The translations under genes were made by a program, and so were the position numbers. The notes under the pieces were generated by a model. The model was given only the letters and a program-made list of their open reading frames with translations, had not been told where the DNA came from and made no database searches. DNA of 64,000 nucleotides from Promethearchaeati archaeon (GTDB lineage Archaea; Asgardarchaeota; Heimdallarchaeia; Heimdallarchaeales; Heimdallarchaeaceae), in the NCBI GenBank assembly GCA_013166775.1, contig JABLTJ010000008.1, positions 52,564-116,563 on the forward strand. Reading direction: 5' to 3'. Of the stretch, positions 39,201 to 47,751 are shown in pieces. How positions within the stretch are numbered: position 1 is the stretch's first letter; each line of letters begins with the position of its first letter.

Positions 39201-41995
39201 GTAAATCTATTGAGCTAACAGATATAGATAAGAAAATCCTGAAACTACTGAAGACCAAACATCCACTAGATTCTGAGGATATTGTAGAAGAAATAGATGA
39301 ATCCAAGGATGTTTTAGAAAAGAGATTAAATGTTCTAGAAAGCGCAATGCTTGTTGTAAGAACTGATTTCGAACTCTTTGGAGGAAGAGAAAAATGGAAG
39401 TATTGTTTAATCGATGAGATTATCCCAGAGGATTTGAGAAAACAAGCAAAACGATTAGATCCGGAGGAATGCTTGAAGAAACTCCTGTTAAGATATCTTA
39501 AGGTTCATGGCCCATCCACAGCAAAAGAAATAGTAGAATATCTAAGAGTAGAGGAAGAGAAAATAGTAAGAGCTTTAACTGAGTTAGAACAGAAGAGTGA
39601 AATACTCAAAGGTCAGATAATTGAAGCTTCAGTTGAACCTCAATATATAAGATTAGCAGACAGGGAGCTGTTAAGAAACTTAAGCAATAGAAAACCTGAT
39701 TCTCTGATATTGACTCCAGAAGAATTAAACTTCATTCATTACTATTTTACTGTTGAGACATATCTTGTTCAAGAAACTAAAGGACAAGAAAGTATTATTG
39801 AAATCTTGGATACTCTGGGATCAATTGAGGAATTGAGTTCATTAGCAGTGAGAATTCAAGATTATGATATCGGTTGGGTAAGAGATTATATTGAGAAGAA
39901 TGAGATTATAAGGGGAAGATTCAGTCACGGAAGAATCGCTTATGTTACAACATCAATGTTTCCCTATTACTACACTGCATATCGAGAACACTTTAAACTA
40001 ACTCAAGTTGAGGATAAAATACTTTCAGCAATAAGGAAATATGGACCTCTGACGAAAAGAGAAATTATTGAATTCACAGAATTGGATGATGATGTTGCAC
40101 AAGAAAGTATCATGATACTTGACAAAACTCTTCAACTGGTGAGGAAATCACTTACAACAGACTCATTCCTACCTAAACAATTTATACCCAATGTCTATGA
40201 TATCTCTTCAAGATATCTACCTTCAGGAAATCTTCCAAGTTATGAAGAAAGCCAAAAATATATCCTACTCAAATTTATTGAGTCGTTGGGGCCAGTTTCT
40301 CTTATAGAACTTACTCACATTCTAGGATTTAGATACAGCGATATCGAGAAAATAATTAAGGACCTTCTTCAGAAGAAGAAGATTATTGAAAAGAAATTAA
40401 CTGAAAGAGAAACAAATTACTATATGACAAAGAACCGATTCGACGATATTTCCAAAATTAAAGAATCTCTGATTTATACTGCATTAAGAGAAGATGAAAA
40501 AATATTAATTCTACCAAGAAACGATCCCTTCACGAAGTTAGGACTTAGGCTTCATTTAAGAGATGTGTATGGAGAGGGACTTATAGATCCGCTGTTGTTA
40601 GATGGAGGAGTTGTAGGATCAATAGAATATAAGCTCTATAAAGGTCAATATCTACAAATCTATGATTTAAAGATAAATGATGAAATTTTTTTCAATCCAA
40701 TAATTTTGCAGAAGATTGCTGCAGAACTGGTCAAATATACAAGAAGAATTCATAGGGTTTTAAGTTTACAAATAGAGGATATTAATGGAAAGTCTGTTTT
40801 ATCAAAATCAAACAAGTTTGTTACATCAACTCTAGTTAAGACAGGATTTAAGCTAATAAAAGACACTCTAGTTGGAGGGGATACGATTACTAGAGTTTTC
40901 AATAAGAAAACAGTTGATAATTATATCCTAGATAATCTGTGGTTAAAGAGACAAGTTCCAGCTTTGAATGCTGACTCATTGCTATCTTTGATAAACAAAT
41001 TTGGCTTCATCAGATTCAATGAGATTATAGCAAGATTCCCAGAAAGCATGACAACAGTGATTGTTTTTCTCATAAATCAACTACTTGAAGATAAAAGTAT
41101 CATCTGTCAAAATAATACACTTTACTCTCTTTCTTTTGCTCGTTATAGAAAATGTGGTCTGATCAAAAGAATGAAATTAAAATCAGAGTTTGATAAACTC
41201 TATAATCACATTCAAAAGGGACCCGTTAGTCTTTCCGAGCTAAATAGTAGATGGAAGGATTCTGATATAAGTATCAAATCTACTATATCAGCTCTTGAAG
41301 CTAATATGCTTATTGGAGTAAAATCAATAGATAATCAGTTCAAACCTTTGGAATATTGGGACATTAAGAACTTCATATCTAAAATTGATGCTGATCTAGC
41401 AGATATTAAGAAAAGATACATCAAACATTTAATGAACTGCTTTGGACTAGCATCAGAACAACAGATATCGGAAAGAGGTTCAATCCCTGGTGTTCTTACT
41501 AAGGTTAGAGTCAAAGAAATCTTGTCTTTACTTATTGATGATGAAGAGGTTTTAGGTGGTCGGTTCGTAGAGAATGATCTTAATTTCTATTATATTACAA
41601 AAGAAAATTATGATGAACTTGAAATGAGGGAAAAGAGAGAACAAGACGTCGAGTACACAACAAAAGAAGAGATGCAGAGATATTATCTTATTCACCCAAA
41701 TGACATAGCAAGTATTGTGTTTAATGGTAATTTACCTGAAAGATTCGATGTCTCATCTGACACTTATTTAATAGTCCTGAATATGAAGCTCGCAGCTCAA
41801 TGTAAACTAGAATCTTCTGATGAAAAGCAGACTAAGATAAAGAATCTAAACATAGCTCCGTGGCTTCAATCCGAAAGTTCCTTCAACTACATAATAAACG
41901 CTCTAGAGGATATTTCGTTGTTCCATGTGGGTGAAACTGAATCAATAATCATTGAGAGAATCAATGGACTTTCTACAAATAGGTTGGTGATCTAA
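36245..41995 (+). CDS. lhr: Large Lhr-family SF2 helicase with extended C-terminus containing two AlkZ/HTH_42-like modules
   Basis: STGSGKT, SPLKALGND, RTGDT, TTPESL, DEIH, LSAT, HHSSLS, TSLELGIDIG, QRVGRSGH; repeated GP-x-S/T winged helices in the last ~1000 aa. Confidence 0.93.
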   Translation: MKNLPKSNIMTLHYLDQPSTTGDIFSFLAEEIKDWFTSSFPSGFTLPQLYAIPSIHNRRNTLVFSSTGSGKTFAAFLAAINELFVESKKGTLKDQIYVLYISPLKALGNDIRKNLEEPLQGIQDLAAANNIVIPKIRAEVRTGDTTQAERTRMLKTPPHILITTPESLGLILTSPKFSQHLKSVRWIVLDEIHEVSSNKRGVFLSLCLEYLQAEITNQKVTKIGLSATQAPIEEIARFLVGLDDDGKENECYIANLPPQRKLDLEVKSPVKDLLHTPYVMAQEGIYTILSDLILDHETSIIFTNTRKGAESVAFKLKEFLGDEYSSLIAVHHSSLSREIRLDVEDRLKNNELLAAVTSTSLELGIDIGSVELVAQIGSPRTVAKYMQRVGRSGHSLDRFAKGRLIVTDRDDAIECAVINKSTYSRDIDKVQIPRNCLDVLAQFVVAMSINKRWQVDEAYRLIKRSYNFQSLKFTDFINVLEYLGGHNLEMEERKVYRKIWYDHQEKAFGKKRNTRMIFYTNVGTIPDSSDFRVELETYRTRLGMLSEKFVERLTPGDIFVLGSHTYQFRRTVGSRVVVSEAFGRRPTIPNWIGEDLPRSFELSQQIGRFIEVVAQKIQKEDDVEVKDWVIRSFQVDEIVAQTIVDYVREQLLFLNTVPSDKRLLIESFIDPQGRLNLIFHCYYGRRVNDALSRSFAYAIGKKIDADVGSAVNDNGFLLMLPLNKMIDTAIIPDLVSSENLETILKQAIINTELFQTRFRHVANRALMILRRNVDRNVPVSRQSMYAKRIFTVIKDQENFCIIKETYREILRDYMDLENSINVLNKLEKGLFKYEITPLSDISSPFSHGIVLLGVADIVQISDRSALLRELHQQVLAKVFGKEGTKEILFSKELVTRIFDNRSYKNDELPISTLKQLRSAIKALAPIRTIESVDPSIYHSSISDSKQIKKWVLSLHNSKELLEIHIAKGERRTILVNDFQIFWNVYGKSIELTDIDKKILKLLKTKHPLDSEDIVEEIDESKDVLEKRLNVLESAMLVVRTDFELFGGREKWKYCLIDEIIPEDLRKQAKRLDPEECLKKLLLRYLKVHGPSTAKEIVEYLRVEEEKIVRALTELEQKSEILKGQIIEASVEPQYIRLADRELLRNLSNRKPDSLILTPEELNFIHYYFTVETYLVQETKGQESIIEILDTLGSIEELSSLAVRIQDYDIGWVRDYIEKNEIIRGRFSHGRIAYVTTSMFPYYYTAYREHFKLTQVEDKILSAIRKYGPLTKREIIEFTELDDDVAQESIMILDKTLQLVRKSLTTDSFLPKQFIPNVYDISSRYLPSGNLPSYEESQKYILLKFIESLGPVSLIELTHILGFRYSDIEKIIKDLLQKKKIIEKKLTERETNYYMTKNRFDDISKIKESLIYTALREDEKILILPRNDPFTKLGLRLHLRDVYGEGLIDPLLLDGGVVGSIEYKLYKGQYLQIYDLKINDEIFFNPIILQKIAAELVKYTRRIHRVLSLQIEDINGKSVLSKSNKFVTSTLVKTGFKLIKDTLVGGDTITRVFNKKTVDNYILDNLWLKRQVPALNADSLLSLINKFGFIRFNEIIARFPESMTTVIVFLINQLLEDKSIICQNNTLYSLSFARYRKCGLIKRMKLKSEFDKLYNHIQKGPVSLSELNSRWKDSDISIKSTISALEANMLIGVKSIDNQFKPLEYWDIKNFISKIDADLADIKKRYIKHLMNCFGLASEQQISERGSIPGVLTKVRVKEILSLLIDDEEVLGGRFVENDLNFYYITKENYDELEMREKREQDVEYTTKEEMQRYYLIHPNDIASIVFNGNLPERFDVSSDTYLIVLNMKLAAQCKLESSDEKQTKIKNLNIAPWLQSESSFNYIINALEDISLFHVGETESIIIERINGLSTNRLVI

Positions 41996-42001
41996 ATTTC
42001 A

Positions 42002-44347
42002 GTGGATCATAAATTAACAATGACCCTTGAAATGCTAGCTATTTACCTTGCTGAGAAACAAGGGTTAACAACTGAATATAAAGGCATTAACTATGGACAT
42101 TCCGTTTCAATAGTTAAGAACACTGTATTGTTTCAAGATCCTGAATCACTCTTTGCTAGGATGAGAACCTTCTCCCCTACACTGATTCATTCTTTGATTA
42201 GAAACAAACATCTGATCCAAGCTCCTTTCAAAGAGAATAAATTAGCATATATTGGAAAAGAATTCTTACCTATTTTTTATTATTCGAATGTTAAGGATGA
42301 GATAGAGTATAAACGCTCTGAAACGCGTTCTGTTCTGGAATTCCTGAATGAAAAAGGTTCATCTACACGACAAAAAATAATGGAACAGTTTAAGCTGACA
42401 AAAGAACAAGTAATGGAAGTCTTAACAGAACTTCGAAACAATTTCCAAATCTTCATGTTCTATGACGGAACTAGATGGACTATTTATAGTTCTGATATCT
42501 TGTTAGATTCAAATCCAATAAGCAAAGCTTCTGCCGTTACTGAACTAGTTTATCAAACAATCAAAAGTTATGGACCAATCACTGTTCCACAAATTATGCA
42601 TATGTTGGAAATGTCAGGGGGACGTATTAGTACCAGCATTATAGAGTTGTACGAGAATAAGAAAATAATAAGAGGTTATTTTGTGGAAAACTCTAGTTAT
42701 GAAGCTTTTATTGCAGCAGATGAACTACAATATATGACCGAATATATAGAAAAATACACTCCTGAAGAGAAAAAGGAATTAATGATTATACCTTCATCTG
42801 ATTTTGTAGCGAGATACTGGTCATCAGCTGATTTTACAGTTTTGGAGGAAACTGAAAAGGAATTGGTTCTAATTTCAGGAAAACCCGTATGCACATTTGA
42901 CTACAAAGTCATTGGAGATAACTTGCATGTAATTAACCTTCGTAAAACATCTGAATATAGCAATTATGAGGATGAGATTAGGATTAAGATTCAAGAATTT
43001 GCTGAAAATAAAGGAAAGATGCTAGTTTTTCCTAAACTTGAATCAGAAGAAATTGAAACACAATCCAAAGAATTCGCAAGAGTATTGTCTCAAAGAGGAT
43101 ATTCTGCTCGAACTTCTGGTCTTGTCTATCATCTCTCAAAATTTGCTAAAAAAGAAGTTAGCAAGCGTTTAGTTACTTATGATGATGTTTTTCCCCTTCT
43201 CTTACACTTCCAGTTCATGAGTACTCAAAAACAATCATCATCAAAAAATGGATTAAGAAACAGCATCACTTCATTAGCTATCCCCTTATCTCTTCCTTCG
43301 ATTAAGCTTAGAGTAAGTTTAGGAAAAGAGCATCTAACGAATGAAATGGTCATTGAAAAACAACTTGCATTAGGGAAATTTGGTGGTTTTACAAGAGGAT
43401 ATGTATCTTCTGAATACTATCTTGTCTACTCCAAATTAAGTCCAACAAGACATCTGGGTGTTTTAGAAGAGAAAGCTGTTGGAATAATAAAAAGAAAGGG
43501 GAAGATAAATTTCAAACAGCTTAAAGAAGAGATGAGTCTTTCAGAGAGAGTCCTATTAGCAACTCTCCAACGATTAGAAATAGCTCATGAAATAATACAA
43601 ACTAAATCAGTTTCGAATCAAATCATTTGGTTACCTGTTTCTGATTTTCTAAAAAATATAAATGCAAAAAATGTAGAAACTCAGAGAGAAGCATGGATAG
43701 AGGTTGTACATCGGATGTTATCTTCCAATCTTCCTCTTACTATATCACAAATAGCTAATATCACTGGTCTATCAAACACCCAAGTTGAGGTATACCTCAA
43801 AGAACTAATAGCTTCTAGAGGGGTGAGATCAGGAAAGTACATTGAGGATGTCAATGAAATTCAGTTCACAGTTAAAGAAGTAGAAGAACTGATTGCAGGT
43901 TATATCTTACAAAAAGAAGAATCAAGTTCTAAAATTAAAGAAGCTTCTTCTTCAATTTATCTTCCAAGGAATGATCCAATAATAACTCTTTATCGAACAT
44001 ACTTATTAAAACGCTTTAAACTGCGCTCTCTTTTCTTAAGGAGTTTACCTACTGACTTTGCAGAGCTTATTCTAATTAATGGTTTACCTGCAGCAGCTTT
44101 ACATTTCAAAAAACAAGAGAATATTGAATTTGTTAATAACATAGAAATTTTACCTGAATATGCAGATTCACATTCCATCATGCTTCTCTTTAGTGCTATT
44201 CAAAATTATCTTAATAAAACAAAAGAAGAAGGAAAGAGACAATTGAGGATCAAACAGATTAACGGAATTCCATTATATTCCGAAGCTGGCAGGAAGTTTT
44301 TAACGCTAATGAAGGATATGCAAGTAGATTTTCTCATTCAACCATAA
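42002..44347 (+). CDS. Stand-alone paralogue of the Lhr C-terminal region (two AlkZ/HTH_42-like modules)
   Basis: Shares SLxxR, GP(I/L)T HTH, RG.F, LPRNDP, L.NG/SG and I..ING motifs with the Lhr C-terminus; 6 bp downstream of lhr. Confidence 0.7.
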   Translation: MDHKLTMTLEMLAIYLAEKQGLTTEYKGINYGHSVSIVKNTVLFQDPESLFARMRTFSPTLIHSLIRNKHLIQAPFKENKLAYIGKEFLPIFYYSNVKDEIEYKRSETRSVLEFLNEKGSSTRQKIMEQFKLTKEQVMEVLTELRNNFQIFMFYDGTRWTIYSSDILLDSNPISKASAVTELVYQTIKSYGPITVPQIMHMLEMSGGRISTSIIELYENKKIIRGYFVENSSYEAFIAADELQYMTEYIEKYTPEEKKELMIIPSSDFVARYWSSADFTVLEETEKELVLISGKPVCTFDYKVIGDNLHVINLRKTSEYSNYEDEIRIKIQEFAENKGKMLVFPKLESEEIETQSKEFARVLSQRGYSARTSGLVYHLSKFAKKEVSKRLVTYDDVFPLLLHFQFMSTQKQSSSKNGLRNSITSLAIPLSLPSIKLRVSLGKEHLTNEMVIEKQLALGKFGGFTRGYVSSEYYLVYSKLSPTRHLGVLEEKAVGIIKRKGKINFKQLKEEMSLSERVLLATLQRLEIAHEIIQTKSVSNQIIWLPVSDFLKNINAKNVETQREAWIEVVHRMLSSNLPLTISQIANITGLSNTQVEVYLKELIASRGVRSGKYIEDVNEIQFTVKEVEELIAGYILQKEESSSKIKEASSSIYLPRNDPIITLYRTYLLKRFKLRSLFLRSLPTDFAELILINGLPAAALHFKKQENIEFVNNIEILPEYADSHSIMLLFSAIQNYLNKTKEEGKRQLRIKQINGIPLYSEAGRKFLTLMKDMQVDFLIQP

Positions 44348-44391
44348 CTTTTCTGAGGGATATCTTTTTTATTTCTAACTCCAAAGTTATT

Positions 44392-45246
44392 TTGATGATA
44401 AGATCTGCTCAATATGCTGGTTCTTTCTACGCTAATAGACCTGATGATCTTCTAGCTTCACTAAAACATTGCTTTAAGGGTCCTTTTGGACCACAAAAAC
44501 TACCTGAGGATGTGGAAAAGATTGAAAAACTAGCTCCTTTCCTTTTAGTTCCTCACGCAGGCTATATTTATAGTGGTCCTGTAGCAGCTTGGAGTTATCT
44601 AGAATTAAGCAAATTCACTCATCCTGATACAGTTATAATTCTTGGTCCAAATCATACTGGATTTGGAGCTGAAATAGGAGTACCTAAAGAAGTAAGTGTT
44701 TGGAGTACTCCTTTCGGTGATGTTGAAATCGACCATACTATAATAGATAAAATGGTAAATATAAGTAAGCATATCTCAAAAAACGATCTCTCACATGCTA
44801 GAGAACATTCAATAGAAGTTCAACTGCCTTTTCTTCAATTTGTATTATCTGAACCTTTCAAGTTAGTTCCTATATCTTTATTAAATCAAGGATTGGACAC
44901 AGCGATACTCTTAGGAGAAATATTAAGCGATATCTGCTTGAACGAAAATGTTGTAGTTATTGCAAGTAGCGATTTTTCACATTATGAATCCCATGAAATA
45001 GCTAAAAGTAAAGATTCAAAAGTCCTCAAAGCAATAGAAAAACTTGACATAAAAGAAATGTATGATACAAAGTACAGTCAAAATGTTTCAATGTGTGGCC
45101 ATGGTCCTATAGGTGCTACAATAGAAGCTGCAAAAAAAACCAATAGAACAAAAAGCAAAATACTAAGTTATGCGACATCAGGGGATGTTTCAGGAATGAA
45201 AAATCAAGTGGTCGGGTATAGTGCTGCAGCTTTTTACAAAGAATAA
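44392..45246 (+). CDS. MEMO1 family protein (AmmeMemoRadiSam protein B)
   Basis: AGSFY, PHAGYIYSG, GPNHTG, EHSIEVQLPF, ASSDFSHY, MCGHGP, VGY. Confidence 0.95.
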   Translation: MMIRSAQYAGSFYANRPDDLLASLKHCFKGPFGPQKLPEDVEKIEKLAPFLLVPHAGYIYSGPVAAWSYLELSKFTHPDTVIILGPNHTGFGAEIGVPKEVSVWSTPFGDVEIDHTIIDKMVNISKHISKNDLSHAREHSIEVQLPFLQFVLSEPFKLVPISLLNQGLDTAILLGEILSDICLNENVVVIASSDFSHYESHEIAKSKDSKVLKAIEKLDIKEMYDTKYSQNVSMCGHGPIGATIEAAKKTNRTKSKILSYATSGDVSGMKNQVVGYSAAAFYKE

Positions 45247-45302
45247 TGAGAAAAGTGTCATTAAAGAAAAACATATCAGTAAAGTGAATATGACGTTACT
45301 GA

Positions 45303-45839
45303 GTGAGTAAAGTGCCAATGAAAATACATTCTACAAGCAAGATTGTTCTCATAGGTGATGCAAGGGTAGGAAAAACCTCGCTAGTAAGAAGGTTTGTTGC
45401 AAACATGTTTGAACCATCATACCAAATAACACTAGGAACAACAATAATGAAAAAGGACGTTGAATACTTAAATTATATCGTAACACTAGCAATTTGGGAC
45501 GTAGGCGGCCAGGAAGTTTTCAGACAAATTCGTAGTAAGTATTTTTTTGGTAGTAGTGGTGCTTTAGCTGTTTGTGATGTTTCCAATTCTAGATCTTACG
45601 ATAATCTTCCCTCTTGGATTGATTCTTTTAGGAATGTCGTTGGTGATAAACCTATTGTCTTTTTAGCTAATAAATGTGATCTGAAAGATTCACAAATTAC
45701 CGAAAAAGATGTTCAAGCTCTTATTGATAAATATGAAAATTCTGAATTTCTGTTTACTTCTGCAAAAGATGGGACCAATACAGAGAAGGCCTTCATTAAT
45801 TTAGTAAGATTGATGGTAGCTGAAGAAGATGTAATCTGA
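45303..45839 (+). CDS. Rab-like small GTPase
   Basis: GDARVGKTS, TLG, WDVGGQE, NKCD, TSAK. Confidence 0.92.
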   Translation: MSKVPMKIHSTSKIVLIGDARVGKTSLVRRFVANMFEPSYQITLGTTIMKKDVEYLNYIVTLAIWDVGGQEVFRQIRSKYFFGSSGALAVCDVSNSRSYDNLPSWIDSFRNVVGDKPIVFLANKCDLKDSQITEKDVQALIDKYENSEFLFTSAKDGTNTEKAFINLVRLMVAEEDVI

Positions 45840-45843
45840 ATTT

Positions 45844-46317
45844 TTAGCTTTCAACATTTTGTCGCAGAAGATAAAGAGCAATAGTTATTTCTCCCAAACA
45901 ACCAATTTCGTTCACTTTATCAAAATAAATCGGTTTTCCTAAATCTAGCTCTTGTTTTGTTAAACCTGGATCCGCACCACCGAATACCAAAAGAACTGTT
46001 TTTCCTGATAAGTATGATTCTGCAATTGAAACTGGATCGAAAGTTTCTTTTGAAAAAGGTCTTTTGATGAATAAATATATCTCGTTTGGAGAACATAAAT
46101 CAATTGAATCTTTTATTTCTTGTAGATAAAGAACATTGGCTTGATTTGAATGAGCCATTTTCTGAGCAATGGGGATACCTGTTGTAGCTGCTGTTCCTAC
46201 AGCCTTTGAAAAAACAATATCTCTAGCGCCTAATCCTAAAGCAATTTTAGTGAATTCTTTACATAAATTAATGCTACTGAAATTATGAAGTTGAACGATA
46301 AGCTTTCCTTCAGTCAT
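45844..46317 (-). CDS. Archaeal DUF2122/COG4080 SPOUT-like protein
   Basis: LHNFSS...FTKIALGLG...GTAATTGIP...LLVFGGADPGLTKQELDLG. Confidence 0.7.
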   Translation of the reverse strand: MTEGKLIVQLHNFSSINLCKEFTKIALGLGARDIVFSKAVGTAATTGIPIAQKMAHSNQANVLYLQEIKDSIDLCSPNEIYLFIKRPFSKETFDPVSIAESYLSGKTVLLVFGGADPGLTKQELDLGKPIYFDKVNEIGCLGEITIALYLLRQNVES

Positions 46318-46415
46318 AGGAAAGAAAGAATCTTACATAATAAAAAAGTAACCATCTTGATTATAGTAGAAAAGAAAATTCTTAAAAAGTAATAAATAGG
46401 ACAAAGATTAACTGA

Positions 46416-46506
46416 GCTCCGATAGTATAACGGTTAGTATTGGGGATTGTGGATCTTAATGAGCAAAATTCCCTAGGTGACGGTTCGATTCCGTCTCGGG
46501 GCACCA
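46416..46506 (+). tRNA. tRNA-His(GTG) with 16-nt intron (46453-46468), encoded CCA, discriminator A73
   Basis: Acceptor GCTCCGA/TCGGGGC, D arm, anticodon stem GGGGA/TCCCT, GTG at 46449-46451, T arm GACGG-TTCGATT-CCGTC; canonical BHB motif at 37/38. Confidence 0.95.
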
Positions 46507-46549
46507 AATTTCTCTTTTTTATATTTTTAGGAAAATTTAAAGGAAAGTA

Positions 46550-47053
46550 GTGTTCTCTTTAGATAATCAAGGTGATATGATGCCATGGGTAGATGAAGTG
46601 ATAATGGGAGGAACTTTTGATCATCTTCACCAAGGACATAAGGCACTTTTAGAAGCAGCAATAAGCATGGGTGAATTCATTAGAGTGGGAATAACTTCAG
46701 ATGAATTCGCTAAAAGTCTTAGACGAACTGATTCCCATATACATCTTATGCAACCATTAGCAATTCGAAAAGAAGAACTAGAAAAGTATCTTCTATCTAG
46801 AGGTTGTGAGAAATTTGAGATTATAGTGATAAATGATAGATATGGTTTTGCTCTTAACTCACCTGATGCCGAGGGAATTGTTGTAACTGAAGAAACATAC
46901 CCTACTGCTGTGGACATTAATAAGCTTAGAATAATGAATACTATGGATCAATTACTGATTCTAGTGATTCCTTTTGTTTTTGACGAAAAGGGGATAATTA
47001 TAAGTTCTAGAAGAATCCGACAACAACTAGCTGAAATGACTGAAAAAGAATAA
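46550..47053 (+). CDS. coaD: Phosphopantetheine adenylyltransferase, archaeal/eukaryotic type
   Basis: GGTFDHLHQGH, GITSD, IVVTEET, ISSRRIR. Confidence 0.92.
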   Translation: MFSLDNQGDMMPWVDEVIMGGTFDHLHQGHKALLEAAISMGEFIRVGITSDEFAKSLRRTDSHIHLMQPLAIRKEELEKYLLSRGCEKFEIIVINDRYGFALNSPDAEGIVVTEETYPTAVDINKLRIMNTMDQLLILVIPFVFDEKGIIISSRRIRQQLAEMTEKE

Positions 47054-47076
47054 ATGTGAAACATTATAGAAGGAAG

Positions 47077-47607
47077 TTAACTTCTTGTCTCTATTCCTCT
47101 AAGGATTTCTTCACCCATTGTTATGAAAGCATCAGGAACATTAGTACCTGTTTTTGCAGAAGTTTCTATAAAGCCAATACATCCCGACTCTTGAGCAAAT
47201 TTCTTTCCTTCTTCTGTAGAAACATCTCTAAGATCATCCAGATCATTTTTGTTACCTACTAACATTAACATGATTCTTGGACTTTCAGTTTTAGCTTCTT
47301 TTATCCATGTTTGTAGATTTTCAAATGATTGTCGTCTGGTTATATCATATGTAACTAAAGCTCCTAAACTCCCTTTGAAAAATATCTGACGCATAGAAGC
47401 AAAACGATCTTGCCCTGCTATATCCCAAAGCTGTAAACAAATCCTTGTATCTTTTATTGTTTCAAATCTAGAATATGGTTCCATTCCAATAGTCATAAGA
47501 TAGCCAGCTTGGAATTTGTTATGAATGAACCTTTGAACTAAGCTTGTTTTTCCTACAGCCCCATCGCCTAATAATAGTATTTTAAAGGTGTATTTGTAGC
47601 TAGTCAT
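47077..47607 (-). CDS. Rab-like small GTPase
   Basis: GDGAVGKTS, TIG, LQLWDIAGQDRF, YDITRRQSF, GNKND, FIETSAKTGTNV. Confidence 0.94.
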   Translation of the reverse strand: MTSYKYTFKILLLGDGAVGKTSLVQRFIHNKFQAGYLMTIGMEPYSRFETIKDTRICLQLWDIAGQDRFASMRQIFFKGSLGALVTYDITRRQSFENLQTWIKEAKTESPRIMLMLVGNKNDLDDLRDVSTEEGKKFAQESGCIGFIETSAKTGTNVPDAFITMGEEILRGIETRS

Positions 47608-47751
47608 TTTATAACAACTTCTTATCGTTCTTGTTTATAATCATTTTGTTAGAGTGTAATGAAATTGTAATATTTATTTTGTTTATTTGTTTGTGACATG
47701 TCGCTTTAAAGAAAGTTTAAAATCATTATTTTTTTCATACATTTAGTTGAT

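Noticed and set aside
41990-42010. lhr and the downstream gene as one frameshifted or split pseudogene
   Set aside because: Both ORFs are long and intact, and each ends at the same module boundary (I..ING motif). They are in the same frame separated by a TAA stop, so a sequencing check is still worthwhile
46416-46550. tRNA-His as an integration site for a mobile element
   Set aside because: No integrase and no duplicated tRNA 3' end noticed; flanked by housekeeping genes
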